A stretch of DNA of 21,479 nt from Marine Group I thaumarchaeote. GTDB taxonomy: Archaea; Thermoproteota; Nitrososphaeria; Nitrososphaerales; Nitrosopumilaceae. Of this stretch, positions 13,212 to 21,377 are shown piece by piece. The notes under the pieces were generated by a model. That model searched no databases and was not told the DNA's origin. It saw nothing but the letters and a program-made list of their open reading frames with translations. The position numbers were made by a program, and so were the translations under genes. The stretch covers positions 1 to 21,479 of the forward strand of contig JACATA010000018.1 of the NCBI GenBank assembly GCA_013390375.1. The letters are read 5' to 3'. The stretch's first letter is position 1, and each line of letters starts with the position of its first letter.

Positions 13212-13874
13212 CAATGTTGCTATTACCATCGCATGATCCTTATCGTATGGATGCAAATCAATTGTCTGTTTGATTTCAAAAAATGATTCCAGTTTTTTTA
13301 TCTCATTTTTAATTACTCCTTTTGGGTCTTTTGTAACATCTATGCTTCTGGTTTTTATAACCAGAAGCAAGTAACCGCCAGATTTTAGATATAATTTACA
13401 GTTTTCAATAGCTATATCTGTTTGATCTGGTTGGGCAATGTCTACATATACGACATCAACTTTCTTATAAACCGAAAAAAACTCTTCTGGCCTTCTTGCA
13501 TCCTGAATTATTGGCACAATGTTTTTTCTATGTGATGCCACCCTGTCTAAAAAATCTCTAGCAACTCTAGTTGCATGCTCAATTCCAAAGATGGTTCCGC
13601 TTTGGCCGACAATGTCTGAAATATGACTAATTGTGGTGCCAGTTGATACTCCAAGGTACAACACATCAGTTTTTTGGTTAAAGGGAAAATCCTTCAATCC
13701 ATTCATTACCGCAGCAGCTAGTTTGCTTCTAAAAGGATTCCAAACTCTATATTCAACTCCTTTGGATTGTACAAGCTTTTCATTGTAAACCTGATTTCCA
13801 GGTACCAAGTTTTGAGTTGCTAATTTTTTCTCTCCCTCTACTTGAACCCAAAAAAATGCTTGTTTATCTACCAA
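13203..13874 (-). CDS. flpA: Fibrillarin-like rRNA/tRNA 2'-O-methyltransferase
   Basis: YRVWNPFRSKLAAAV, VLYLGVSTGTTISHISDIV, IVPIIQDARRP and VVYVDIAQPDQ. The TTG start overlaps the nop5 3' end by 11 nt, consistent with an operon. Confidence 0.9.
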   Translation of the reverse strand: MVDKQAFFWVQVEGEKKLATQNLVPGNQVYNEKLVQSKGVEYRVWNPFRSKLAAAVMNGLKDFPFNQKTDVLYLGVSTGTTISHISDIVGQSGTIFGIEHATRVARDFLDRVASHRKNIVPIIQDARRPEEFFSVYKKVDVVYVDIAQPDQTDIAIENCKLYLKSGGYLLLVIKTRSIDVTKDPKGVIKNEIKKLESFFEIKQTIDLHPYDKDHAMVIATLLG

Positions 13875-15063
13875 AACTCTTCCGTCTTCGTTTCATAAAT
13901 CGCCCTGATTTTTTTCTTTTTACTTTGGGCTCTGGTTTTAATTCTTTTATCACAGGTTTCTTGTATTTGTCTCCAATTTCCTTCACTCGAACGTTTAGTT
14001 TCTCCAAAAGTGTCTCGTTTAATCCCGCCTTAAAGAGATCAACTCTTGCAGCAATTGCTGCCTTTGCAGCCACTGCTCTTGCAATCTTTCCCCTTTGCCA
14101 TCTCGGAGCTGCATGAACTGCTGCATGCTGAAAAAGAATTCCATGCTTGGGTGGATTTGCGCCAGTTTTTAAAGAACGAAACAGCGCTTTTTCTGCTCCC
14201 AAAATTTGAATTGTGCTTGCCGGCATCCGCCCTAATCTATTCAAGCTTCCTGCATGTGCCAAAATTCTGGCTCCCACCGCAGTTCCAAGAATCGCAGAGA
14301 TATTTGGCGCTTCTTCTTTCATTTGTTCATCAACATGCTCTTCAATGTTTTTTCTTAACTCAAAAAGATTCAAAATCTGTTTGGCTAAAGATTGTACTAT
14401 GACAAAGTTTTTTTCCGAAATATTTCCTCCCCTGCTTTTTTCTTTTATTAAAGAAAGCATTTCGACTTTGTCCTTAGAAAATCCAGCCTTTTCAAAATCT
14501 TCTTTTGAAATATTTTCTCGCGTACCTGATAACACTATCTGTGAGTATCCGTTTATGCTGTCAATTAAATTATCAAGCTCTGGAAAGTGTAAACCGTACC
14601 ATTCTCGTAGCCTTGAACTAATGCTGTTTATTATCTTGTCAGTTTCATCCAGTGTGTTTATTGCTTGAATAATATGAAGGTCTGGACTCTGTGAAACTTC
14701 AGTTACTTTGGATGATGAAAGTTGTATGGCAAACTCACGTAGTTTTTCCATTGCGTCATTTTCATCGTTGGCAAATCCTGAATTTACCAAGAGTTTAGTC
14801 TTTGTTGATTGTATATTGTCTATTTGTTCAGCATCCATCAATTGTACATCAATTGATTTTTTTTTCAAAATATCCAGTAACCCATGATCATTCACAATTA
14901 CATTTTCACCATTTGCAAGAAATTTTCCAAGCTCGCTAAGTTTTGATTCATGTTTTTTAACTAAAACATATTCTTCGGCTGGATTTTCAAAAGGAAATGT
15001 TTTCAGACATTTCTTGTCGTCAAAGACTGCAATTCCTAACTCTGTAAGAATGGTTGAATACAT
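13864..15063 (-). CDS. nop5: Nop5 (Nop56/58) C/D box sRNP core protein
   Basis: LREWYGLHFPEL, GARILAHAGSLNRLGRMPASTIQILGAEKALFR, KHGILFQH and a basic KK-rich C-terminal tail. TTTTTAAT (15088-15095, minus) lies 24 nt upstream. Confidence 0.9.
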   Translation of the reverse strand: MYSTILTELGIAVFDDKKCLKTFPFENPAEEYVLVKKHESKLSELGKFLANGENVIVNDHGLLDILKKKSIDVQLMDAEQIDNIQSTKTKLLVNSGFANDENDAMEKLREFAIQLSSSKVTEVSQSPDLHIIQAINTLDETDKIINSISSRLREWYGLHFPELDNLIDSINGYSQIVLSGTRENISKEDFEKAGFSKDKVEMLSLIKEKSRGGNISEKNFVIVQSLAKQILNLFELRKNIEEHVDEQMKEEAPNISAILGTAVGARILAHAGSLNRLGRMPASTIQILGAEKALFRSLKTGANPPKHGILFQHAAVHAAPRWQRGKIARAVAAKAAIAARVDLFKAGLNETLLEKLNVRVKEIGDKYKKPVIKELKPEPKVKRKKSGRFMKRRRKSFGR

Positions 15064-15153
15064 AACAAATAACGACGCTCTGTCCTCATTAAAAAGTTAA
15101 CAACACAATTTGATAATCAACTGTTATATGAGAATGGAATCAAACTATTCAAA

Positions 15154-16065
15154 GTGAAAGCCAGCCTCTCAACTTCAATAGGAACATTAACTCTCGAGAG
15201 GCCAACTATCCTTGCTTCTGGGATTTTAGGTATATCACTTAATATTTTTGAACGATTGTACCGCGCTGGAGCTGGGGCTGTTGTTACAAAGTCGTTAAGC
15301 AAGGAACCTTGGGATGGCTATGCAAACCCAACAATCTTTAGTGTGAAGGGTGGTGGGTGGCTAAATGCAGTTGGATTGTCAAATCCCGGCGCACCAAATT
15401 TTGCAAAAATGATTACCTCAAACAAAGATGTCCCAATAATTGTTAGTTTAGTTGGTTCAGTGGAGGATGATTTTGATTTTATGGTCAGGCAGTTTGAAAA
15501 CTGCAAGGTTTCAGCCTATGAACTGAATTTGTCTTGTCCACATGTAGCCAAGGTTGGTCTAGAAGTTGGTGATGATGTTGAACTTGTAAAAAAAATTGTA
15601 AAAAAAGTAAAATCACTTACTGATGTGCCTGTTATAGCAAAAGTAGGTTTAGGTACTACAAACTATCTAGATACCGTTGGTGCCGCATGTGAGGCAGGAG
15701 CTGATGGCATTACGGCGATTAACACTATTCGTGCAATGGCAATAGATGTTGAAACTAGAAAACCAATCCTAAGTAACAAAATTGGCGGTTTATCTGGAAC
15801 TCCTATTAAGCCAATTGCTGTGAGATGTGTTTACGAAATTTCATCCAAGTTTGATGTTCCCATTATTGGATGCGGTGGTATTTCTACATGGCAAGATGCT
15901 GTTGAATTTATTCTTGCGGGTGCATGCGCTGTACAGTTTGGCAGTGTATTGGGTGAACATTGGACAGAAGTTTTTGCGGAGATAAACAGTGGAATTCAAA
16001 ATTATATGGAACAAAAGGGATATTCGAGTATAGGTGAGATGGTTGGACTGGCAAAGGGATCCTAA
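15154..16065 (+). CDS. pyrD: Dihydroorotate dehydrogenase, class 1B catalytic subunit
   Basis: ILASGILG, NAVGLSNPG, YELNLSCPH, GITAINT, GGLSG.PIKP and GCGGI. GTG start, supported by GTTATATG (15123-15130) 23 nt upstream. Confidence 0.9.
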   Translation: MKASLSTSIGTLTLERPTILASGILGISLNIFERLYRAGAGAVVTKSLSKEPWDGYANPTIFSVKGGGWLNAVGLSNPGAPNFAKMITSNKDVPIIVSLVGSVEDDFDFMVRQFENCKVSAYELNLSCPHVAKVGLEVGDDVELVKKIVKKVKSLTDVPVIAKVGLGTTNYLDTVGAACEAGADGITAINTIRAMAIDVETRKPILSNKIGGLSGTPIKPIAVRCVYEISSKFDVPIIGCGGISTWQDAVEFILAGACAVQFGSVLGEHWTEVFAEINSGIQNYMEQKGYSSIGEMVGLAKGS

Positions 16066-16075
16066 TAGCCATCAC

Positions 16076-16861
16076 ATGTGTACGATTGAAAAAATTATTG
16101 ACGAAACACCAACTGTACGTACCCTGATCTTCTCTGACCAAGTATTATCCAAAGTTTTACCTGGTCAATTTGCAATGGTGTGGATTCCAGGCGTTAATGA
16201 ATTACCCATGAGTGTAATGATCACACAAGAAAATGGCAAAGCTGCATTTACAATTAGAAAACGTGGTGAATCGTCAACTGCAATGTATAATCTTTCTGTG
16301 GGTGATTATATTGGAGTTCGAGGTCCATATGGGAACCATTATGACATCAAAGATGGAAAACTATTGTTAGTTGGTGGAGGAACTGGACTGGTTCCTTTGT
16401 TGCGATTGATAACTTTCTGTAAGCCTTCACATGATATTACACTGTTGATGGGTTCTCAGACGAAGAAAGAAGTTTTCTTTGAAGATCTAGCAAACAAATT
16501 ACTTGAAAAGAATAAACACCAAATAATTGTCGTGACAGAAGATGGAACATATGGGAAAAAAGGATTTGTTACTGATGTATTAGAGGAATTACTTGACCAG
16601 AATAGTTTTGATGCAGTTTATACTTGCGGACCGGAACTTATGATGTATAAGACAGTGAACTTGGCAAGATCAAACCAGATTTTTGTTCAAGCAAGCCTTG
16701 AACGCATGATGAAATGTGGTGTAGGCATCTGTGGAAGCTGCTGTATTAATGAAGATCTAGTGTGTCGAGATGGCACTGTTTTTGATGGGGATCATTTAAT
16801 GCAAAATGACGAATTTGGTCACCACTCTAGAGCAAAATCTGGAATATTAGAGGACGTATAG
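16076..16861 (+). CDS. pyrK: Dihydroorotate dehydrogenase electron-transfer subunit (FAD / 2Fe-2S)
   Basis: PGQFAMVWIPG, RGPYGN, LVGGGTGLVP and the C-terminal cluster motif CGVGICGSCC...C. I prefer the ATG at 16076 (10 nt after the pyrD stop) over the overlapping ORF-track start at 16034. Confidence 0.85.
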   Translation: MCTIEKIIDETPTVRTLIFSDQVLSKVLPGQFAMVWIPGVNELPMSVMITQENGKAAFTIRKRGESSTAMYNLSVGDYIGVRGPYGNHYDIKDGKLLLVGGGTGLVPLLRLITFCKPSHDITLLMGSQTKKEVFFEDLANKLLEKNKHQIIVVTEDGTYGKKGFVTDVLEELLDQNSFDAVYTCGPELMMYKTVNLARSNQIFVQASLERMMKCGVGICGSCCINEDLVCRDGTVFDGDHLMQNDEFGHHSRAKSGILEDV

Positions 16862-16907
16862 AATTCAAAACGTTTAACATAAATAACTTAAATCGAACGT
16901 TAGCACA

Positions 16908-18635
16908 ATGCCAAGTCCGAAGATTGTTTTAACCGCAGATCGAACACTAATGTCTTTATATCGTGGACTTTCGTTGGCTACGTTTTTTGGATGCGCACCT
17001 GCACTCGATCCAAATCGTGATAAAAGCAGTATTTGGTACAAAATTTTAGGAAATCAGGTAACACCAAAAATTTTGTTTGATTTTATCTGCAATTATGCGC
17101 CTCATACTAACGGCGTGGCAAAATTTGCTCCATATGGTTTACGCAAAGTAGAAGCTGGATTACTTCGTGACGGTTTCAAACGTGAGGACGTAGTAGTTGC
17201 TCACCCTGATCATATTGAAAAATTCATTGGACCTGAAACCGAGGTTGTTGGAACTCATGAAATGGATCCACTTGGAATGGGACCCGTAACCATGACGTTC
17301 ACCTATGGAAGAAGGCAGACGTCTTATGACGAGTTTTACTGTGCTGAACTCCACAGACGAATCAATGCGGCAAAGAAAAAGAATAACAGTCATGCAAAAG
17401 TTATTGCTGGTGCTTCCGGCACTTGGCAGTACAACTATGCGCCTGAAAAAATTGAAGAATATGGTTTGTATGCAATTTTAGAAGGGGAACTTGGTGGAAT
17501 TGCACCAGAGATAGACGGACATGCTGGTCGCTTCTTTAACTATCTAATAGACGGTCAGTTTGAAAATATGGATCCCTTCAGAAAAAGAAAGGATTTCAAA
17601 GTTGACATTAAAGAGTTTAAACATGATGACAAGACAATTCATGGAAGATTTATCAATTTTTGGTCTAGACCAGACCTAGATGAGATTCCAGAAATTGTTG
17701 AACCAACCATGCACGGTATGGTCGAGGTGATGCGTGGATGTGGAAGGGGTTGTAAGTTTTGTGATGTTACGTTAAGATCATTAAGGTACTATTCTCCTGA
17801 AAAAGTGGTAAAAGAAATTGAAGTGAACATAAAGAAGGGTGGCATTGATAGAGCGTGGGTTCACAGCGATGACATTTTTGTTTATGGAATGGATCCTACT
17901 ACCACAAAAAACATGGAGCCAAATCGTGATGCCCTTGAAGAATTATTTACTGTAATTATGTCTACTGGTGTTAAACATACCAATCCAACTCATGGAACAC
18001 TTGCAGGTGCAATTGCAGATGAGAAATTGATTCCTAACTTATCAAAGATCATCAATGCTAGTGCAGACAACCTGATAGGAATTCAATGTGGTTTGGAAAC
18101 TGGAAGCATAAGATTAATTGAAAAATATGCTGATAGGAAACTTGCTCCATACCAGCCAGAAGAATGGCATTGGGTTGTAAAGGAGGCAGTTAAAACTTTC
18201 AATGAGAATCATTGGATTCCGGCATTTACATTAATCATGGGCCTTGATAACGATGAAACACCAGAAGATGGTTGGGAAACAATCAGGCTCATTAACGAGC
18301 TTGAACGAGAGCAACCTGATTCTATGTTTACAGCCACTCCATTAACATTCATTCCAATAGGTTTACTTGAAAAATCTGAATTTTTTGATATAGGCAATGA
18401 TTCAGATCCAACACAACTTGGTGTAATGTACAAGACATGGCAACATAATTTTAAATATGGAATAAAGAAGTTTATGTCAAAAACTGGCCAGCGTGGTTTC
18501 ATTAGACGAAAAGCATTTAATGGTATAGCCAGAACTTTGGGCGGCGTTCCTCTTGGCTACATGGAAAGATATGCAAGACGAAAGGGTAGAGAGCATGAAA
18601 GAGTACTTGAAAAGATCAAGGCGCAATACTGGTAG
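16908..18635 (+). CDS. Radical SAM protein with an N-terminal Rossmann/B12-binding-like domain; specific function unknown
   Basis: VEVMRGCGRGCKFCDV (CxxxCxxC), GIQCGLETGS, and an N-terminal KIVLTADRTLM...YGLRKVEAGL...VVGTHEMDPLG layout typical of class-B-like rSAM enzymes. There are only 7 Cys in total. CATAAATA (16878-16885) lies 22 nt upstream. Confidence 0.8.
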   Translation: MPSPKIVLTADRTLMSLYRGLSLATFFGCAPALDPNRDKSSIWYKILGNQVTPKILFDFICNYAPHTNGVAKFAPYGLRKVEAGLLRDGFKREDVVVAHPDHIEKFIGPETEVVGTHEMDPLGMGPVTMTFTYGRRQTSYDEFYCAELHRRINAAKKKNNSHAKVIAGASGTWQYNYAPEKIEEYGLYAILEGELGGIAPEIDGHAGRFFNYLIDGQFENMDPFRKRKDFKVDIKEFKHDDKTIHGRFINFWSRPDLDEIPEIVEPTMHGMVEVMRGCGRGCKFCDVTLRSLRYYSPEKVVKEIEVNIKKGGIDRAWVHSDDIFVYGMDPTTTKNMEPNRDALEELFTVIMSTGVKHTNPTHGTLAGAIADEKLIPNLSKIINASADNLIGIQCGLETGSIRLIEKYADRKLAPYQPEEWHWVVKEAVKTFNENHWIPAFTLIMGLDNDETPEDGWETIRLINELEREQPDSMFTATPLTFIPIGLLEKSEFFDIGNDSDPTQLGVMYKTWQHNFKYGIKKFMSKTGQRGFIRRKAFNGIARTLGGVPLGYMERYARRKGREHERVLEKIKAQYW

Positions 18636-18679
18636 GTCAATATACAAATACATAAATTCAAACAACTAATCGATTTATT

Positions 18680-18865
18680 ATGCCAACTCACGGTTCACTT
18701 ACTAAGGCAGGTAAAGTTAGAGGTCAGACACCAAAGGTAGAAGGTCGTAAACGTGTAGGCACTTCTGCTAGCCTGCGAAATAAAAGTAACTTTAGGAAAC
18801 GATTTATCCTTTCTAGAGTTCCTGGTCAAAACAAACCTGGACGAAGAAGAAGGAGACGTAGATAA
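18680..18865 (+). CDS. rps30e: 30S ribosomal protein eS30
   Basis: HGSLTKAGKVRGQTPKVEGRKR is the eS30 signature. The protein ends in seven consecutive Arg. CATAAATT (18651-18658) lies 21 nt upstream. Confidence 0.85.
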   Translation: MPTHGSLTKAGKVRGQTPKVEGRKRVGTSASLRNKSNFRKRFILSRVPGQNKPGRRRRRRR

Positions 18866-18931
18866 TCATCAATTTTACACCTGTTTTTGACTTTTAGATA
18901 AAACAAATAAAAGAACAAACTTAAGTATTGG

Positions 18932-18948
18932 TACCGTACAATACGGTA
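18932..18948. promoter_or_regulatory. Perfect 7-bp inverted repeat TACCGTA-CAA-TACGGTA just upstream of the radA ATG
   Basis: Read directly from the sequence. It occupies -18 to -2 relative to the ATG at 18950, between the A/T-rich promoter region and the start. The function is speculative. Confidence 0.3.
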
Positions 18949-18949
18949 T

Positions 18950-20041
18950 ATGGAAGATTTAAGATTAGATATATTACCTGGAGTAGGTCCAGTAACCACA
19001 AAAAAACTCAGTGATGCAGGTATACACAATATAATGGATCTAATAGTACGTGGACCTGTAGAACTAGCAGAAATTTCTGGCATGGATAAGGACACAGCAG
19101 CAAACATTGTGGAAAAGGCAAGGCAAGCTCTAGTTGAAGGTGGACTGTTAGCTAAAGACTTTGTTAGTGCAACAGAAATTTACAAAAGACGACAAGAAAT
19201 TGGCAGAATAACTACAGGAACAGAATGTCTTGATTTATTGCTTGAAGGTGGACTTGAAACACAAGCATTAACTGAAGTTTATGGTGAATTTGGATCTGGT
19301 AAAACACAATTTTGTCATACAATGTGTGTAACTGTTCAAAAACCAAAAGAGGAAGGTGGATTAGAGGGAACAGCACTGTATATTGATACTGAAGGGACAT
19401 TCAGACCAGAAAGAATTGTATCCATTGCAAAAGCACATGGAATGGAACCAGAAAAAGTTCTTGATAGGATAATTGTAGCACGAGCATACAACAGCGCCCA
19501 CCAGACATTAATTTTAGAAGAAGCAAGTCAAATGATTAAAGAAAATAACGTAAAATTGCTTATTGTTGATTCAGCTGTAGGCTTGTTTAGAGCAGAATAT
19601 CTAGGTCGTGGAACACTTTCAGTACGTCAACAAAGATTAAACAAATTCGTTCATTTACTAGTTAGAATTGCAGAGATATACAATTGTGCCGCACTGGCTA
19701 CAAACCAGGTAATGGCATCACCCGATGTATTCTTTGGTGACCCTACACGTCCAATAGGTGGCAATGTGGTGGCTCATACAAGCACATACAGAATATACTT
19801 TAAAAAATCAGGAAAGAAAAGAATAGCACGAATGGTAGATAGCCCACACCATCCAGAGCAGGAAGTTATCTTTGCCTTGGCTGAAGCTGGTGTAGTGGAC
19901 CCTGATTCAGATACAAAGAAAAAATCTACCAAACCTGCAAATCCCTCAAAATTAGAACCAGAAACACAACCTGATGCAAAGGATGCATCTAAAAGCGATT
20001 CTAGTACTGATGTAGATAGTAAAACCGAAGATTCTGAATAA
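18950..20041 (+). CDS. radA: DNA repair and recombination protein RadA, with a 46-aa acidic/Ser-Lys-rich C-terminal extension
   Basis: N-terminal HhH domain (LPGVGPVTTKKLSDAG), Walker A GEFGSGKTQ, LLIVDS (Walker B) and the core end RIARMVDSPHHPEQEVIFALAEAGVVD, followed by a low-complexity tail. Confidence 0.9.
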   Translation: MEDLRLDILPGVGPVTTKKLSDAGIHNIMDLIVRGPVELAEISGMDKDTAANIVEKARQALVEGGLLAKDFVSATEIYKRRQEIGRITTGTECLDLLLEGGLETQALTEVYGEFGSGKTQFCHTMCVTVQKPKEEGGLEGTALYIDTEGTFRPERIVSIAKAHGMEPEKVLDRIIVARAYNSAHQTLILEEASQMIKENNVKLLIVDSAVGLFRAEYLGRGTLSVRQQRLNKFVHLLVRIAEIYNCAALATNQVMASPDVFFGDPTRPIGGNVVAHTSTYRIYFKKSGKKRIARMVDSPHHPEQEVIFALAEAGVVDPDSDTKKKSTKPANPSKLEPETQPDAKDASKSDSSTDVDSKTEDSE

Positions 20042-20131
20042 GTATTTACTCGTAATGAAGCACATCCATCTATTTTCGCGTACAATAAAATCATGCTAAA
20101 TTATTTATTACAAAAAATCAAGCAAAATTGA

Positions 20132-20623
20132 ATGAAGTTATCATTATTCAAAATCAGCATTTTGCTTATAATCATTGGAGCGTTAGGAACAATAATCGTC
20201 TTTTCAGAATCAGAAAAATTAGAACAATTTATGACACTAAAACAAACAGAATCAGACGAAATTAGCTTGTATTTCGAAGCAGGAGATATTGGATATCACA
20301 AAGTTACAATTCCAGAATTTGATGGTCAAGGATTCTTTTACAGGATTGTTGATGATAATTACGATATAATCTCAAAGGGATTAATCCAAACAAAGATGTC
20401 AATCAGATACTTTGATGTAAAAGAATCAGGCATGTACACAATGATTCTGTCAAACACTGCTAAAGAAAAGATGAATTATCAAGTGGAGATTGGAAGTACA
20501 GATAGTATGAATATCAGCATTCCAACCGGGGTCATGTTTGTTGGAGGGTTGTTGCTACTCTTTACTTCCTATATAAAATTAAAAAATTATAGAATAGAAC
20601 AGCCTGATGAAAATATTAAATGA
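20132..20623 (+). CDS. Hypothetical bitopic membrane protein (N- and C-terminal TM helices, beta-rich middle)
   Basis: ISILLIIIGALGTIIVF and GVMFVGGLLLLFTSYI flank a soluble region. TTATTTAT (20101-20108) lies 23 nt upstream. Confidence 0.6.
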   Translation: MKLSLFKISILLIIIGALGTIIVFSESEKLEQFMTLKQTESDEISLYFEAGDIGYHKVTIPEFDGQGFFYRIVDDNYDIISKGLIQTKMSIRYFDVKESGMYTMILSNTAKEKMNYQVEIGSTDSMNISIPTGVMFVGGLLLLFTSYIKLKNYRIEQPDENIK

Positions 20624-21186
20624 ATAGGAATGCATTGAACGTAGTGACCAAAGTATAGAGCAAAATTAAATCCAAGCCAGCTTGTTATGAGTAAGAAGGT
20701 TACAATTGAAAATGGCAAAAATGCCTTAAGATTTGAATTTTGGCGAGCCTTAATTATTAGAAATCCGCCCAGTGCTGAAAGAACAATTCCAATCTCAAGT
20801 GGTTGATGAGTTAATGACAACAGCCCATCAATTCCAAACATATCATGAGAAATAGAATCGCCAAATCCAGAGATAATCTGCATGACAGAGCCAATTATGA
20901 CAAGTTGCATTCCTCTTTTCAAAATTCCATGGATGGAGTTTTTCATTAGCAAGTTAACAGAAAATATAGATGCAATTGCAACCATGAAAACTCCACTATA
21001 TACTACAATGTGTGGGTCAGACCAGAAAAATTCAGGTGAATTTTGAATATGATTAACTGCATCCCATATTCCTGCTACAAGGATTACAAGAGTTCCAATT
21101 ACTGCATGAGTGGAAATTATGGTTAGCCGTGAATTTGAATCTAAAGAAAGATGGTTGAAAACTTTCCCAAGAATTACGGTAAGCAT
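20587..21186 (-). CDS. Hypothetical polytopic membrane protein (about 5-6 TM) with duplicated D-x3-H motifs
   Basis: ATG start, multiple hydrophobic helices and the repeated motifs GIWDAVNH...SDPH and GFGDSISH...SLTH. The 3' end overlaps the convergent upstream gene by 37 nt. Confidence 0.6.
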   Translation of the reverse strand: MLTVILGKVFNHLSLDSNSRLTIISTHAVIGTLVILVAGIWDAVNHIQNSPEFFWSDPHIVVYSGVFMVAIASIFSVNLLMKNSIHGILKRGMQLVIIGSVMQIISGFGDSISHDMFGIDGLLSLTHQPLEIGIVLSALGGFLIIKARQNSNLKAFLPFSIVTFLLITSWLGFNFALYFGHYVQCIPIHLIFSSGCSIL

Positions 21187-21337
21187 GATGTTACGCCAAT
21201 TTTTTTACATTAAAAATCAATCTCATGAAAAAGATTGAAACTAGCATCTAAATCTGTACTCAGTTTTCATAAAAATTAGATATAACGCGTAGCGAATTTA
21301 CAGGTTTTACGGCTATTAAGTAGGACATAAGCGTGAG

Positions 21338-21363
21338 GATTACAGATTTATTCAAGTGTAATC
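21338..21363. promoter_or_regulatory. 7-bp inverted repeat GATTACA-N12-TGTAATC bracketing a TATA-like element upstream of the permease gene
   Basis: Read directly from the sequence. The N12 spacer GATTTATTCAAG contains TTTATTCA (21347-21354), 23 nt upstream of the ATG at 21378. Confidence 0.3.
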
Positions 21364-21377
21364 GCAGACGATTCGAT

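Noticed and set aside
14046-14668. Two overlapping plus-strand ORFs (118 aa and 151 aa), plus 13817..14116
   Set aside because: They are antisense shadows of nop5 and flpA. They have Leu/Phe/Ser-rich composition and no promoter context.
15064-15153. Possible small RNA or ORF in the 90-nt nop5/pyrD intergenic region (ATG at 15128, C-box-like ATGAGGA on the minus strand)
   Set aside because: The ATG frame stops after 9 codons. There is no D box or terminal stem. The region is fully explained by two divergent TATA-like promoters at the correct spacing.
16908-18635. Direct identification of the 575-aa radical SAM protein as tetraether synthase (Tes / GDGT-MAS)
   Set aside because: As I recall, GDGT-MAS carries several auxiliary Fe-S or rubredoxin-like sites that need many Cys. 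This protein has only 7 Cys, 3 of them in the CxxxCxxC site. I keep it only as a loose lipid-rSAM hypothesis.
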